Counted from the first letter of the stretch, positions 10,501 through 21,454 are shown. The stretch: 64,000 nucleotides of DNA from Schizochytrium sp. TIO01 (GCA_004764695.1 SMSO01000032.1:2976001-3040000), one strand, 5' to 3'. Translations and numbers: made by a program. Notes: generated by a model not told the origin, from the letters alone.

Positions 10501-13500
10501 CCTGTATCGTTTGTAGGCGTAGTGATCCATATTTCGAAATTAACCTGGTCGCTAAGACATCCGCTGCCTTTGTACAAGACGCAACGGGCTCGAAACAAAG
10601 ATCTGCTTTGGATGCTGCCTCCTCTGTTAAAAACTCTTGCAGCAGAGAGTCAAGCTCTTGTTTTTCATTCAAGAGTTCTTCGAGCCGCGCTTCTAATTTG
10701 TGGAAAGCTGTTTCAGAGGATGCAAGTCGCGGGGCAACCTCTGATAAGGCGTTTTCACATTTGACTAAGCTGGCATCAGCCAGGTCTAAGTTTTCGCGAG
10801 CGTTGACGAATTCGCTTGCATCTTGAATCAAGGTTTCTATTGAGGTAATGTGGGAGTCAAGAATATCCATATTGAGTGCGTGCTCCCATTTAGTTAAGAC
10901 ATTTCTCCGAGTTCGTGCTTGTTGATATGCCTTCGATACAGTGCTTAGTCGAGCGGAACGAAGAAACCATTTTCGTTTTGACTCAAGTTCGTGAATTTGT
11001 TTTTGATACTCGCGACGAACTCGCACTCCTCGCCAGTGGGATTGCGACCACAGCACCAGTCTACGTTTGATTCTGAACCTACGAACATGGAGAAATTGAC
11101 GAACAATACTTTGCACTGTAACTACCTGTTCAGTGACATGCTGTAAGATAACACTGTCAACTTCGTGAAGAATGTTTGCCCTTAAAAACACCTTTGTTTT
11201 GCCAAGAGCTACTTGATCACGCCAAACTGCAATCGGGGAACTTGCAAAGAGTTCTTCTGCAAGGCTCTTCCAGTATGCATCCCCAACATGAGCATCGCGA
11301 GGCAAAAGTACACGGCAACGGAGACAGAACTCCTTGTATGCGAGACGATTTGGGAAACCTGCTCGCCGCATCTCCAATGCTGCAATCACACCAGCATTTC
11401 TCAATTGACGCAATACCGAGTTGCGGTCAACCTTACTTTTCACTAACTCGTTGTTCGTTTTGATACAGCGAACAAATATAGGATTGGTCTGTTGTATTGT
11501 CTCCGTAAGTACTTGAACTTGTGCAGCAAAATGCTTTGCCACTGTCTCTTGAAGCTTGTTAGAAGCCACCCCAGGTGCTTTGGATTCATGCGTAGGTAAA
11601 GAATGAGAAGAGTCAAAGAGTTTAGCCACTAAAGGAACTTGTGATCTCGCGAGAAGGGACTCCACATGGACATACAGAGTGTCACGATTCTTTTTAATAA
11701 AATCCGTGCATGTGTACACGATCTCACCAGCATAATGCTGAATGGCAAAATTAAGTTCAGTAGTACCCTTGTGCTTAGACCCAGGACCACAGACGCCAAA
11801 GTTTACGTGAGCACGGTTCTGCTGAGTAATCTGGCCGGCTAGACTTCTGTCAGAGCCAGCACCCATGCGAAGGCACTCGTCGTGCATCAATTTAAAGATA
11901 CCATGCATTAACGAAATGCACTTTTCGTTATTCGGAATCTCCATACGTGAAAATGGAACATTCTCAGCCTTGTACATAGCCTCTTCTGCACGAAAAACCT
12001 GTTCATTGAAAAGGCTTTGAAGCTTCTCGTTGGCGAAGTTAATAAGAAGTTGCTCAAAGCCATTCTCTTCAAATGATTCAAATCCATAAATATCGAGAAT
12101 TCCAATGAACGGTTGCGCTGACTCCTCGGCAAGATGACCCTGGTCAAGACTTGCATTGACACATTCCACAATGTAAGTAAATAGTAGAGAATAGATAGAT
12201 TTGGATAATGCATCGCGAAGATCAGAAGCTTTACGATTATCCAAGGGTGACTCAATTGCTTTGCCGTTCACATTGATATACTTTACAGTAAGTGCTTGCG
12301 CAAGTTCCACCGGCGAGCACCCAAGAAGTTCGCAAGCTTTGTGCAGTGCCACGTCTTGAGCAGCAACGTTGGCATCTGCGCCTTTGGTCTCTTCCTCGAA
12401 TTCCCCAAGTCCGGATGAAGATCTGGACGATGGTGTTGAGGACTTTGCCCCAAAACCTTTCTGTTGAGGTTGCTTTCCACGAGGAGAAAGTGGCGTCTTG
12501 CCAAAAGTTACATTTCCGAGATGAAGAATAGCCGCAACAATTTTCATAATACTTTCAATATCGTCTTTAGAAATGTCAACTGCTTGCATAGCATCAGTGG
12601 TTGCGTGATATTCACTTGCATCATTTAAATGAAGGACCTCCAAACAGCCACTTTGGTTTAGGTAGCGAAAACTTTCGAGATTTTGGTTTAAGCCGAGCTC
12701 TTCTGCTTGCTTTGGCTCAGCCCCTCGACAGAGTTGATAGAAAATGTGATAGTTTCGCTCCCCAATGTTTTGACGCACAGCACGACTCTTTTCAAGTAAG
12801 TAATTCGAAATATGCGCACCTGCAATAGTTTTCGCTTGAAATCTAAGCTGAATAAATTTGCCAAATCGGCTAGAGTTCCTATTGCGGAGGGTTTTCGCAT
12901 TTCCAAACGCCTCGAGCAAAGGATTGGATTTCATGATACGGTCGGCGATACCTCGGTTTGTAGAGTCTGTGTAGTTATGTGATAGAAACTCAAGCATGAG
13001 TTTTGTTGTTTCTGTCTTGCCGGCTCCGCTTTCACCACAGATAATCAAGGATTGACTTGATGACGAGCTAATCAAGGCGGTATATGCCTTTTGTGCTTCA
13101 GCAAAACAGTGTGGATCAAGACTGTCCACATCACGGCCTGCTTCGGAATATTTAATCATGATATTCTGATCGTAGATGGGCAACCACTCAAAAGGATTCA
13201 TAGCCACAAGGATCGGTCCTGTGCGCGTATATATCTTTTTGTCGGCGAAGCGCACACTTACATTATGCAATACACATGCTTCATTGAGATGTGTAAGGTC
13301 GTCCATATTATCAAGACCGGAGCCTTTTGGACCTACATCCCGAGGGACAATGCGCGTAGTTTTTAGACATTGCCCTGCACTGTCTACAGGGATTTCAGCT
13401 TTTGTGGCTGACGTGCCAGAGGTACTCTGAATGGACGGGTCCTCGACGTATCGAATTTGGATATGTTTGCCAGATTGAACTTCTGTAATGATGCCTGGAA

Positions 13501-13579
13501 TCCATGCATCTTCATTGTTGGAGATCCACACCGGTTGGTTCTTGTGTTGTTCTGACCAAACCTGCTGCGAGCCATCCAT
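7502..13579 (-). CDS. Unconventional myosin heavy chain (N-terminal SH3-like region, motor domain, ~2 IQ motifs, long helical tail), ~2025 aa
   Basis: P-loop GESGAGKTE, LEAFGNAKTLRNRNSSRFGK (switch I), LDIYGFE (switch II), NEKLQ relay, FVRCIK, GKTKVFLR; IQ-like VQSIVRQFLHVRRF and SQSHWRGVRVRREY. First ATG at 13579. Confidence 0.97.
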   Translation of the reverse strand: MDGSQQVWSEQHKNQPVWISNNEDAWIPGIITEVQSGKHIQIRYVEDPSIQSTSGTSATKAEIPVDSAGQCLKTTRIVPRDVGPKGSGLDNMDDLTHLNEACVLHNVSVRFADKKIYTRTGPILVAMNPFEWLPIYDQNIMIKYSEAGRDVDSLDPHCFAEAQKAYTALISSSSSQSLIICGESGAGKTETTKLMLEFLSHNYTDSTNRGIADRIMKSNPLLEAFGNAKTLRNRNSSRFGKFIQLRFQAKTIAGAHISNYLLEKSRAVRQNIGERNYHIFYQLCRGAEPKQAEELGLNQNLESFRYLNQSGCLEVLHLNDASEYHATTDAMQAVDISKDDIESIMKIVAAILHLGNVTFGKTPLSPRGKQPQQKGFGAKSSTPSSRSSSGLGEFEEETKGADANVAAQDVALHKACELLGCSPVELAQALTVKYINVNGKAIESPLDNRKASDLRDALSKSIYSLLFTYIVECVNASLDQGHLAEESAQPFIGILDIYGFESFEENGFEQLLINFANEKLQSLFNEQVFRAEEAMYKAENVPFSRMEIPNNEKCISLMHGIFKLMHDECLRMGAGSDRSLAGQITQQNRAHVNFGVCGPGSKHKGTTELNFAIQHYAGEIVYTCTDFIKKNRDTLYVHVESLLARSQVPLVAKLFDSSHSLPTHESKAPGVASNKLQETVAKHFAAQVQVLTETIQQTNPIFVRCIKTNNELVKSKVDRNSVLRQLRNAGVIAALEMRRAGFPNRLAYKEFCLRCRVLLPRDAHVGDAYWKSLAEELFASSPIAVWRDQVALGKTKVFLRANILHEVDSVILQHVTEQVVTVQSIVRQFLHVRRFRIKRRLVLWSQSHWRGVRVRREYQKQIHELESKRKWFLRSARLSTVSKAYQQARTRRNVLTKWEHALNMDILDSHITSIETLIQDASEFVNARENLDLADASLVKCENALSEVAPRLASSETAFHKLEARLEELLNEKQELDSLLQEFLTEEAASKADLCFEPVASCTKAADVLATRLISKYGSLRLQTIQALESAVDHIDKLAVDAAENDCTMFRTRLDELKRALRDALNKKRDIEANYKRIYQEADLIKTLLKRTLLDFHGTKDLHRLEDIHDSISTARETFSHLTEVMGKPSMFQELPWQGTTSSSFMMSKGNFSHMHRRKVVNSNVNEYTDDDCSSDEDNDLQDNLFLFPEDGTLQDVEDIDIALVHAKAAVEGLEEDIIESKKVIVVLNKLTEELRDQCKESVISERDAQVREMEALRPFDFDLLMDNVRVRKYSEHMKDLRARAAKFTCRNSTTSTTKATLEAANEEIAEVTKLIERATKKFEKEVHRIRSRLDEVRSAQNSSREMLLPALDRLKQTRNFIARHQLENRFKLHDALQSVELQVEEANSLLDEHQGLLTDSDLSSIPYMTETAIDLIEAFVMLADDEFNKISALRKEVLQAQSTAEHVSREIGRLQAQMMRNPVFETRSVRGLCKASWCSAQVCKLANQFCNELTQTQTSLDRLTSKVGALHNLQQHNDKDDQEESISCSIHSAAQRAATCCASAEATLTALIQARSKEVEKLAEHKDCVESMRLRLERVKHLSKMLRKDNLHMPLEHQLRDAACTILDYNEGVEYLTASEFEARDLDDEYRAAESSSRDSQEPIRVLLFVKADPMQVIEEAHGRAMYALQQVEQVVSTQQAFVIEAGRLDQERELREVAKSEATLKHRSLQRAKVSAVRKDSIPKLEPARRLLATLLELDAQGLCDNLSSSTRAQIAHLAYCVNVFEDSVLHENPDLAQEQVTQAMAEYQHLHELLFSAKKSCAGLEETKEVDNDNFEKDCYLRNCSSRKPDLQWENVRAKMSHSFHAEAAAKTRDSIGHILGGARGQGVLDLQARYELEFARWRALRAEVSLRMSQTQGSKVLSPLHPAWRRGLEAAQAALECAEKKVNNILHLSETSVIVLHLIDRGDLDTRVARDAQEAWSACESALRFARDQVNSAESGFHQTQRVAERHDKVKVHAKRLVLKYVCPRREDDNSSVFDQY

Positions 13580-16376
13580 GGTGCCCCAGCGCAAAGACGC
13601 TACCGCAAATACAAATCCCTATCTCTGCGCTTTGCTTAATCAGAACCACGGCTCAGCTAAGTCAACAACTATGACTTTGATAAATCACCTCGGCTGAAGA
13701 AGCCAAGCACAAGTTTCCGCGGCTAAATGTCTTCGCTACGAGTCAGGAACCAGTACGAGCTCATGCGCATGCAGGTATTATCGATGTCTGCGTTCCTTAA
13801 AATGTAGGTATCGAAACTACTAGAGCTGATACAGCCAAATGCTGGTTTCACCAAGGTGATGAAGGTAATCGCTCACCTGGCTCACCTAAATCGTCTGTCT
13901 TCTTGCAAGGTCGGTAGTAGCAAGGTTAAAGTCTCTTTCTTCACTTTTCTTTTCTCCTTCTATTCTTTTTAGAGTATCTCCTCAAATGCACACCAACACT
14001 TGTGTCCAGACATGGACATCCTTTGCCTTTGCTACATCCATGGTTCTCCTCTATATACTATGGCCTACTCAACTCACATTACATCCCTGGCTTTAAAAAA
14101 ACTCCATACCGCTCCGCGCGGGGACACCTCCATTTGGTCCTGTACGAAGTCCCCGTAAACAGTATGTGCCCAATGAGATTCTCAAACGGATTTCGCACAC
14201 CCTTGCAAGGTATAAGTACTAGGTACCGACTAGCTAGGTACTGCCGGCACTACTACACATGTAATGACTCTCGCCACAGAAATGCCCTTACTTTTGCTGA
14301 GTTTCAAGTTCTCTTACCCAAGAGGTTGAAAGGATTTAAAGATACAAAAGGAGAACTGCTTTTCCTGCTTTACCTAAATCATTGAAACGGTGGTTGCGCA
14401 ACGGGGCGGGCGTGCTGACCGCTGTGGTTTCGCTGGCTATGGCGTCTCAGGATACGTGTTCGTCGTGGTTGGACAAGGCCCCCTTCAAGAGGAGCGTTTG
14501 GTCGGGTTTTAATTTGGATCAGCTCCGAAGATAAACCTTGAACACCATCGATGGCATCTTCCGAGTCATCCTTCTCGAGCACTTCGCGGTAATTCTGGCA
14601 TATCCAAAATGAATGCTCTGTGTACCGAAGAACCACTAGGAACCCTGCTTACCGGCGAAATATCGGGAGGCCGGAGAAACCTGTCTAGTCTAGCTATATC
14701 CTCTGGTAGGAGTAGATGCAGCCATGTTGGGCGTTTTGTTTTGCATAGTTTCTCCGGGTACACTCTGGGCTCGTTGTTGAATTCTTCATCTACTTGAGGC
14801 TGAGGAATCTTTGAGAACACGCAAAGATTGTTTTCCCATGAGTTTGCGTCACCTTGGATTTCGCATCCTTCCAGCCGTATGCCACCAAGATCTTCTGCTG
14901 GTGTTTATGGCCCCATAAAGTCCGTGCACGGAAGCGGCGCTGGACAAGTAGGTAGCAATGGCTGGGTACTTTTGTACTTTTGTCTGCTTCAAGATTTCTT
15001 TCTTCTGAAAAACGTACATTTCTAACAGAATATGTCTATTCGATTGGAGTCATCTCCACAAAGCTTTCGGTATCGAGCTACATACTCTTGCTTGCTCATA
15101 TGCTTGATCAAGCCCATCGTTTGAGCTAGCTAGGAGGTCTCCTCGAGTCTATTCCATCCTTAGGCGTACCCGTGCGCATGCAAGAGTTGCCGGCGCCAAA
15201 GCGGCGAGCTGTTCTTGCAAACGCCAACGATTCTCTCTCTCTCTGTGAGTGCGTGTGTGTGTGTCTGCGAGCGTGCATTCGCTGGATATTCCAGCTCCAA
15301 CGATTGCACCTCTGGCCATTGATGTATTTCGCATCTCTTGTCGCAGCCTCCGTTGCGTTCATTACTTTGTGCCAACTAAATGCGGGCTCTTGGGCAGAAA
15401 AGCTTCTTAAAGAAGTTGGTTTCCATTCCAGTTGACCTCGAGCTCCAAGATTGCGAGCAGGCGACCTGGCAGCGCGTGGTGAATGCAATACGCACGCAAC
15501 CTCGCAGTGCACTTGCAATGCCAGTTCGAGTTTGCCACATCGCATCGCGACACCCGCGATGATCCTCCGTCGCCGATATCGCTCCGCTCGTTCGCTGGAT
15601 GTTGGAGCCTTTACTTGGTAGGTAGCAGAGAAGGCATGGATAGGAAGGCTGTACATCGCTATTCAGTTGGGCGCTTCGATTGCTTTGTATGAGCTGATTC
15701 TACAGGCTGGTTTTGGCAGGCTTTGTTTTGTTGATCTGCTGTTGTCTGTTCGCAGTGCAGAGGCTTTGATCTTTGCAGGAACATGAAGTCTCACCATTTT
15801 TTATTGGTGTTGCATAGGCCTGCATTCTGAAGACGCGAGCTCTCGTTCAAGATGGACGAAGGTTGTGCAATTCGTAGAGCGATGCTCTCTCCCAAAACTT
15901 GCCTCTGCGCCTCTGCTTCTGAACATGCAGTGGGGGGATTTCTTGCTGTGTCGGAAAACGAGACTTCGCAAACGCTTGAGTGCGTCCCTATGTTCGCGTT
16001 CATTAAAGCGAACCAGAAATTCGACTCATCGATCGATAGTCGTTGGTTGATTGATTGATTCATTCATTCACTCACTCACTCACTTGTGGACTGAGTCATA
16101 TCGTGCGTCAATGATTCCTCATCTAAAGTCACTGAGGCCCTGCGAGGGAGTCTCAGCCATCGAAGACGTGCATCTTGAGGTTTGCACAGAAAATTCTCTC
16201 AGCGGCATGGTGGTGGCATGGTCGCCCTCGTTCTCCATTCTTCGTTCGCCGCTCGAGTGCAAGTGCTTCGCACGCTGATCCTGCCGATCCGAGCCTCGAA
16301 GGCCCTTTCCTCGGTTTCTTCACAAGCCCCTCAACAAATAAATTGCAGGAAACGAGAAAATAAACATTTTTAATCA

Positions 16377-16473
16377 TCGAAGATGAAAATGGCCGAAGAT
16401 GAAAATGATCGATCGAAGATCGAAATGACGGTCGAAGATCGAAATGATGGTCGAAGATCGAAATGATGGTCGA
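16377..16473. repeat. ~19-bp minisatellite (GAAGATCGAAATGATGGTC), ~5 degenerate copies
   Basis: Three near-identical units at ~16416-16472, preceded by two degenerate ones. Confidence 0.85.
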
Positions 16474-17179
16474 GAAAGAAAGCTTTCGATGCTGATTGAT
16501 TGATCACCGCTTTGCTCTGCTTCCTCACATGCTAGGTAGCAGGCGTCCGTCTATCTATCGGTTTGGAGGACCTCGATGATCGATTGTTACCGGCCCCACT
16601 GCCCTGTCCATACTACCTCCCTTCAAGTGGCTGTTGTGCCTCCCTACTTAGGCTAACTCCTGTCAGGCTGAAAGAACGTAAGCTCTTATGGTAAGCTAGC
16701 GCGCTGTAGGCCGCTCTTATGGCGGCCTGCGAGAATCATTTTAGCAGCTGTTAGTTAAGATGACTAGCTCTAGAGACAGTCTGGAATTGAAGACCCGCAA
16801 GAGGCCTCGATCGATGGATCGATGAGTGCTCGAAGTACTGGGCCTCCAATCTGAGCGAAGAAATCGGTTGAGGTTTGCTCTCCGGACGAAGCGTGCGGCG
16901 AATCAAGTCCGCCGTGACCTGCGAGCTTGATTGAGACTTGAGGGAGAGCAGGAGCTTTGGGATACATATCATACATACATTCATACATACACACACATAC
17001 ATACAGTCACCTTTCGGGCTAATGAGTAGGTTCTCTCTCTCGAAGCGACTAATAGTACGTAGTAATTAGGTAAAGCAAAAACCAAGAGCAGAAGCAGAAA
17101 CCAAAACCCAAACTAAGATTCGATCGGTGCACTCACTTGAAAGCAAGTCTGAGTCTCGATACAAACAAAACAAGCTAAC

Positions 17180-18943
17180 ATGGACGTGGAACGCGTGGAC
17201 GAGCTTGGCCAAGGGCACCTTCTGGAGAATGTCGAGGGCGAGGACCGCGAGGCTCTCTTTGAGCAGCTTGAGCAGCTGGATGGCCAGTACCCTGGAGGTC
17301 TTGAGGCATACATCAACAACGCCCAGAAGCTGCTCGAGTCCTCCAAGGCTGGCGAGAACCCTTACGATGGCTACGTGCCTCGTGTTCCCAAGGGCGAGCG
17401 TCTCCAGACAGCGACCTCTCAGTTCGATGAGTGCGAGGAACTCGGCATGAAGAACATGAGCAAGGCGGGTTTCGTGCTTGTTGCTGGAGGCCTTGGCGAG
17501 CGTCTTGGCTACAACGGCATCAAGGTTGCTCTCCCGCATGAGATTTTGACTGACAAGTGCTTTTTGGAGCACTACTGTGCCTCCATCTTGGCTCTTCAGG
17601 ACCGTGCTCGCAGCATCAGCGGGGACTCAAGTGTTGAAATCCCCTTGGCCATTATGACTAGTGGGGACACACACGAGAAGACCGTGGAACTGCTGCACAA
17701 GCACAACAACTTTGGCATGAGCTCTGGCCAGATCACGCTCATGAAGCAGGAGAAGGTCCCTGCAATTATTGACAACGAGGGTCACTTTGCACAGGAAGAT
17801 AACGGCCTTGTCTCCACCAAGCCCCACGGACACGGTGATGTCCATGTGCTCATGCACCAGCAGGGCGTGCTGGAGAAATGGGAGAAGCGTGGTGTTGAGT
17901 GGATCGTCTTCTTTCAGGACACCAACGGTCTTGTGTTCCGTGCGCTTCCCTCCGCAATTGGCGTCTCCGTGCAGCATGACTTTGATGTCAACAGCCTCAC
18001 AGTCCCGCGGCGCCCTGGCGAAGCTGTCGGAGGCATCTGCCAGTTGGACGCTGAGGACGGCGGCAAGAGTCTCACAATCAATGTTGAGTACAACCAGCTT
18101 GACCCGCTGCTTAGGGCAACCACAAGCCCTGAGGGCGACGTTGCCGACGAAACTGGGTACTCGCCCTTCCCAGGCAACATTAACGTGCTTGTCTTCAAGT
18201 GCAAGAGCTACTTGCGCGTCCTGAACTCCACCGGCGGCGCCATCCCTGAGTTTGTGAACCCCAAGTACGCTGACAAGGAGAAGACCAAGTTTAAGAAGCC
18301 CACTCGTCTCGAGTGCATGATGCAGGATTACCCTAAGCTCCTCGAGGACGATCCCGACGCAAAGGTCGGCTTTACCCAGATGGAACGCTCCATTTGCTTT
18401 TCTGCAGTGAAGAACAACCCCACTGACGCTCTTGACAAGCTCAAGACCTCGGGCTTCGCAGAGTCCGCATCCTCTGGAGAGGCTGACGTCTACGCTGTCG
18501 GTCGTCTTATCCTAGCTATGGCAGGCGTTCAGATCAAGACAGCTGACTTCAAGAGCACATCTTTCCTCGGTCTGCCGTTTCCGCTCGGCGCAAAGGTTGT
18601 GCTTGCCCCTGCATTTGGCACCACCGTCAAGGAGATCCGCGAGCGCTTCGTGTCTCCGGAGAACGTCAAGATTTCGGAGCGCTCCTCTCTGGTGCTCGAT
18701 GGCGACATCTTTATCGACAACCTCGACCTCGACGGTGACCTTCGCGTCATTGCCGCACCGGGAGCTAAGATCCACATCAAGAACCTCACCGTTCGCAACG
18801 AAGGCGTCAAATTTGTGGAGGTAGACCCGGATGATGAGTCTGTGGAGGAGTGCTACCGCATCCGTGGCTACGTCAAGGAGGAGATCGAGACCATGGTGAT
18901 CCAACAGTCTGAGCCTGGTGAGACTATTATTGACCGTAAGTAA
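17180..18943 (+). CDS. USP: UDP-sugar pyrophosphorylase (broad-specificity USPase)
   Basis: Family motifs VLVAGGLGERLG, KPHGHGDVH, FFQDTN, NVEYNQLDPLL, YSPFPGNIN, EFVNPKY, RLECMMQDYP and a C-terminal beta-helix-like region; strong GC3 bias. Confidence 0.95.
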   Translation: MDVERVDELGQGHLLENVEGEDREALFEQLEQLDGQYPGGLEAYINNAQKLLESSKAGENPYDGYVPRVPKGERLQTATSQFDECEELGMKNMSKAGFVLVAGGLGERLGYNGIKVALPHEILTDKCFLEHYCASILALQDRARSISGDSSVEIPLAIMTSGDTHEKTVELLHKHNNFGMSSGQITLMKQEKVPAIIDNEGHFAQEDNGLVSTKPHGHGDVHVLMHQQGVLEKWEKRGVEWIVFFQDTNGLVFRALPSAIGVSVQHDFDVNSLTVPRRPGEAVGGICQLDAEDGGKSLTINVEYNQLDPLLRATTSPEGDVADETGYSPFPGNINVLVFKCKSYLRVLNSTGGAIPEFVNPKYADKEKTKFKKPTRLECMMQDYPKLLEDDPDAKVGFTQMERSICFSAVKNNPTDALDKLKTSGFAESASSGEADVYAVGRLILAMAGVQIKTADFKSTSFLGLPFPLGAKVVLAPAFGTTVKEIRERFVSPENVKISERSSLVLDGDIFIDNLDLDGDLRVIAAPGAKIHIKNLTVRNEGVKFVEVDPDDESVEECYRIRGYVKEEIETMVIQQSEPGETIIDRK

Positions 18944-20656
18944 CGCGGGTCTTGCTCACATAGGCGTCGGTACCATCTGCAGCAGCTTAAGAAGAGAAAA
19001 AGGGAAAGATTCGAGGAGTGTGAAGAGTTTTTGCTAGGTTCAGTGAATTTGAGTTTCGTGCGCGAGAGAGGCTTCATCATAGCGAGCGAGGCATCTTGCT
19101 TGATTTTCTGTCCTATTTCAAATGGACTTATCTTTGGCGCCAGTTTCAATTTTACGACACAACAATGTTTTCTCACGAGACCAATTCCCATTTTGTCTTG
19201 AGCAGCTTTTTCCAAGCACTTGCATAGATTCACTATCGAGTTTAAGTTTACTAGAGCTTGCTGATGTGTTTCATCGTTCATCCATTCTCCTACATTTCCT
19301 TACATTTTGAAGTTCTTTTAAAATAATTAAATATGTACAAAGCTGAGGGGAAAATATCAATTGTTTAAGACGCTGATTCGGTTTCTTGACACAGAAATAC
19401 ATCAGAACTTTTCATTCCCTCGTTCACATGATCTTTTTCGTTAATTTGCTTCATGCATTGTTGAAATAACTAACAATAAATATGAAAAGGATAAAAGGGA
19501 GCACACCGTAGTAGGTCCGAGTTCTTGCAGTTTGGATTAGTAAACTCTCTTTTAGTTTCTGCTGATATTAAAAATATGTGAGAGCTTGGTTCTATGCTCA
19601 ACATATGTCAGGCTCAGCTATTCAGTTTATCTTCAGCCCAAACAGAATATTTGCAAGCTATCATTTTCAGAAGACTCCGAACTCAGAACGTATAAAATTT
19701 TAAGTTTCTCCCAAGCTCAAGTTGTCCAATAAATTTAATTTTATTGCTGTGACAATAAAGGTTTTGATTTTGAACAGAGGCATAAATCTAAATTAAGGTA
19801 AAGAAACAATGATCAATTATTGTTTTTGCTTATGCAGTACATTATGTGTTCACGAGAAAGTAAGCAGAGTGCTTCATCTTAGTGTCTTCAAGAGAGCAAA
19901 GCACTTTAGTCTCGTATGACTATTTCCCCGTAATCTCGATTTCTCGAAATAGTCGGGCGCAGGTTAACTTAGACACTGCTGTTTCATCCTGCTGCAGAAT
20001 GACTTATTTGAGAGAGAGACAGTGATCTGAGAATAGATGTAGATGTAGAAGTCGTCGCATTAAATGTTGTGTGTATATAGCGGAACGAACGAGGAGAAGG
20101 GAGGGGGGGGGGGGGGGTAAACTAAAAGTGAAGAAACAGAAGCGCACGGCAAAAGGCGTGAATCGGTTTTGCTTTCAACTTTTGTAACAGGCTTGTGTGG
20201 AGGGGAAGGATAGTAGGACAGGTAGATAGATATTTCTATCTCCTTGGTAGTCAAAAGTTCCCAATGCAGTATGGCAGTGTATCTGAAGGTGAAGGTTACA
20301 CGGACGAAGTAGAAGCAAATTACAAATAGGGAACGGTACTTCTGCATATATTGCGCCCATGCACCAAGAAGGTACAACAGAGAGAGAAGAGAAATCCATA
20401 GAAACAATGTAGCGGACCTGGTGCAAGTGGCCGAAAAAAGTAAAGTGCAGCAGCGAAGAAGTAAAAAAACAGAAGGGCAAACAAAGCAACAGGTACGTCA
20501 ACACGCTCGATAATAGGGCAACCAAGAGTGACGGAATCGGCAGCGAAACTTACGCCATGAATTAAGACAGAGAGTCACTGCAAAGAGCAAGACGCCTGTT
20601 TTCCGTGGGAAGCTCATCCCAAATCCAGCGACCCTTGCCTACTACGTTGGTTTGGT

Positions 20657-21454
20657 TTACTCAGCCTTCTTCTGTTCTGCGGTCTTGTGTGACACGCGGA
20701 AAGTGCCATACAGCTTGTCAAACAGCATGATGTATTGGCCATAGTTGCAGGTGGGAATGCAATGGTGCATGTCGTGGGCCTTGGTGTCGAATAGGTGAAG
20801 AATTTCGAGGTCAATACGAGTGTGGTTCAAGGAAGCCAAGATACCACCGAGAGAAAGGAAGGCAAGCACGGAATAAACATGGGGCACAAACATGTACTCT
20901 GCCACGATCATGACAGCGATGATGTGAAGATATTCACCCAGCACAAACTCAATGGGGTGAGTGTTGGATGCATCCGTGTTACCCCGGGAGGGAGCGGCCT
21001 GGCGGTGGTGGTGCTTGTGAATCCAAGGGTAGATGGCACGCACGTGCAGAAAGGCGTGAAAGGGAACGTAAAAGAGGTCATAGACAATGTAGTAAGCGAG
21101 CACAGCACCAAATGTGCTCAAGACGGTAATGTCCTCATTGCGCCAGCTGATGTTGCCGGAAGCAAAGGTGTACCAGAAGAGGTGGTACATCATGAAGGGC
21201 ACGCTAAGTCTGTTAAAGTAGACAAAAGCCCAGTCCTTAAATCCAAGGTGCTCAAGAAATCTGCCTTGGTATGGGATGCGACTCGTGGTGCTCCACTCGC
21301 AAAAGTCCTCAACAAGGTGAAGACCCTCTTGGCCAATAACAACGATTGCCCAGTATACCGCCACTTGGGTCCAGCTCCACTTAGACCAGTCGGCCTCGAG
21401 CTCGTATTCGCCTACCTGGAATGTGGTTCCAGTCATCGTCATGTTGGCCGCCAT
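20657..21454 (-). CDS. Fatty acid hydroxylase / sterol desaturase superfamily membrane di-iron enzyme (ERG3/ERG25-like)
   Basis: His boxes HAFLH, HKHHH, NH, HDMHH; HPIEF and NYG...FDKLYGT motifs; several hydrophobic helices. Confidence 0.92.
   Translation of the reverse strand: MAANMTMTGTTFQVGEYELEADWSKWSWTQVAVYWAIVVIGQEGLHLVEDFCEWSTTSRIPYQGRFLEHLGFKDWAFVYFNRLSVPFMMYHLFWYTFASGNISWRNEDITVLSTFGAVLAYYIVYDLFYVPFHAFLHVRAIYPWIHKHHHRQAAPSRGNTDASNTHPIEFVLGEYLHIIAVMIVAEYMFVPHVYSVLAFLSLGGILASLNHTRIDLEILHLFDTKAHDMHHCIPTCNYGQYIMLFDKLYGTFRVSHKTAEQKKAE

Noticed and set aside
16377-16473. Short repeats as a possible CRISPR array
   Set aside because: Units are head-to-tail without unique spacers, the context is eukaryotic and there are no cas genes.
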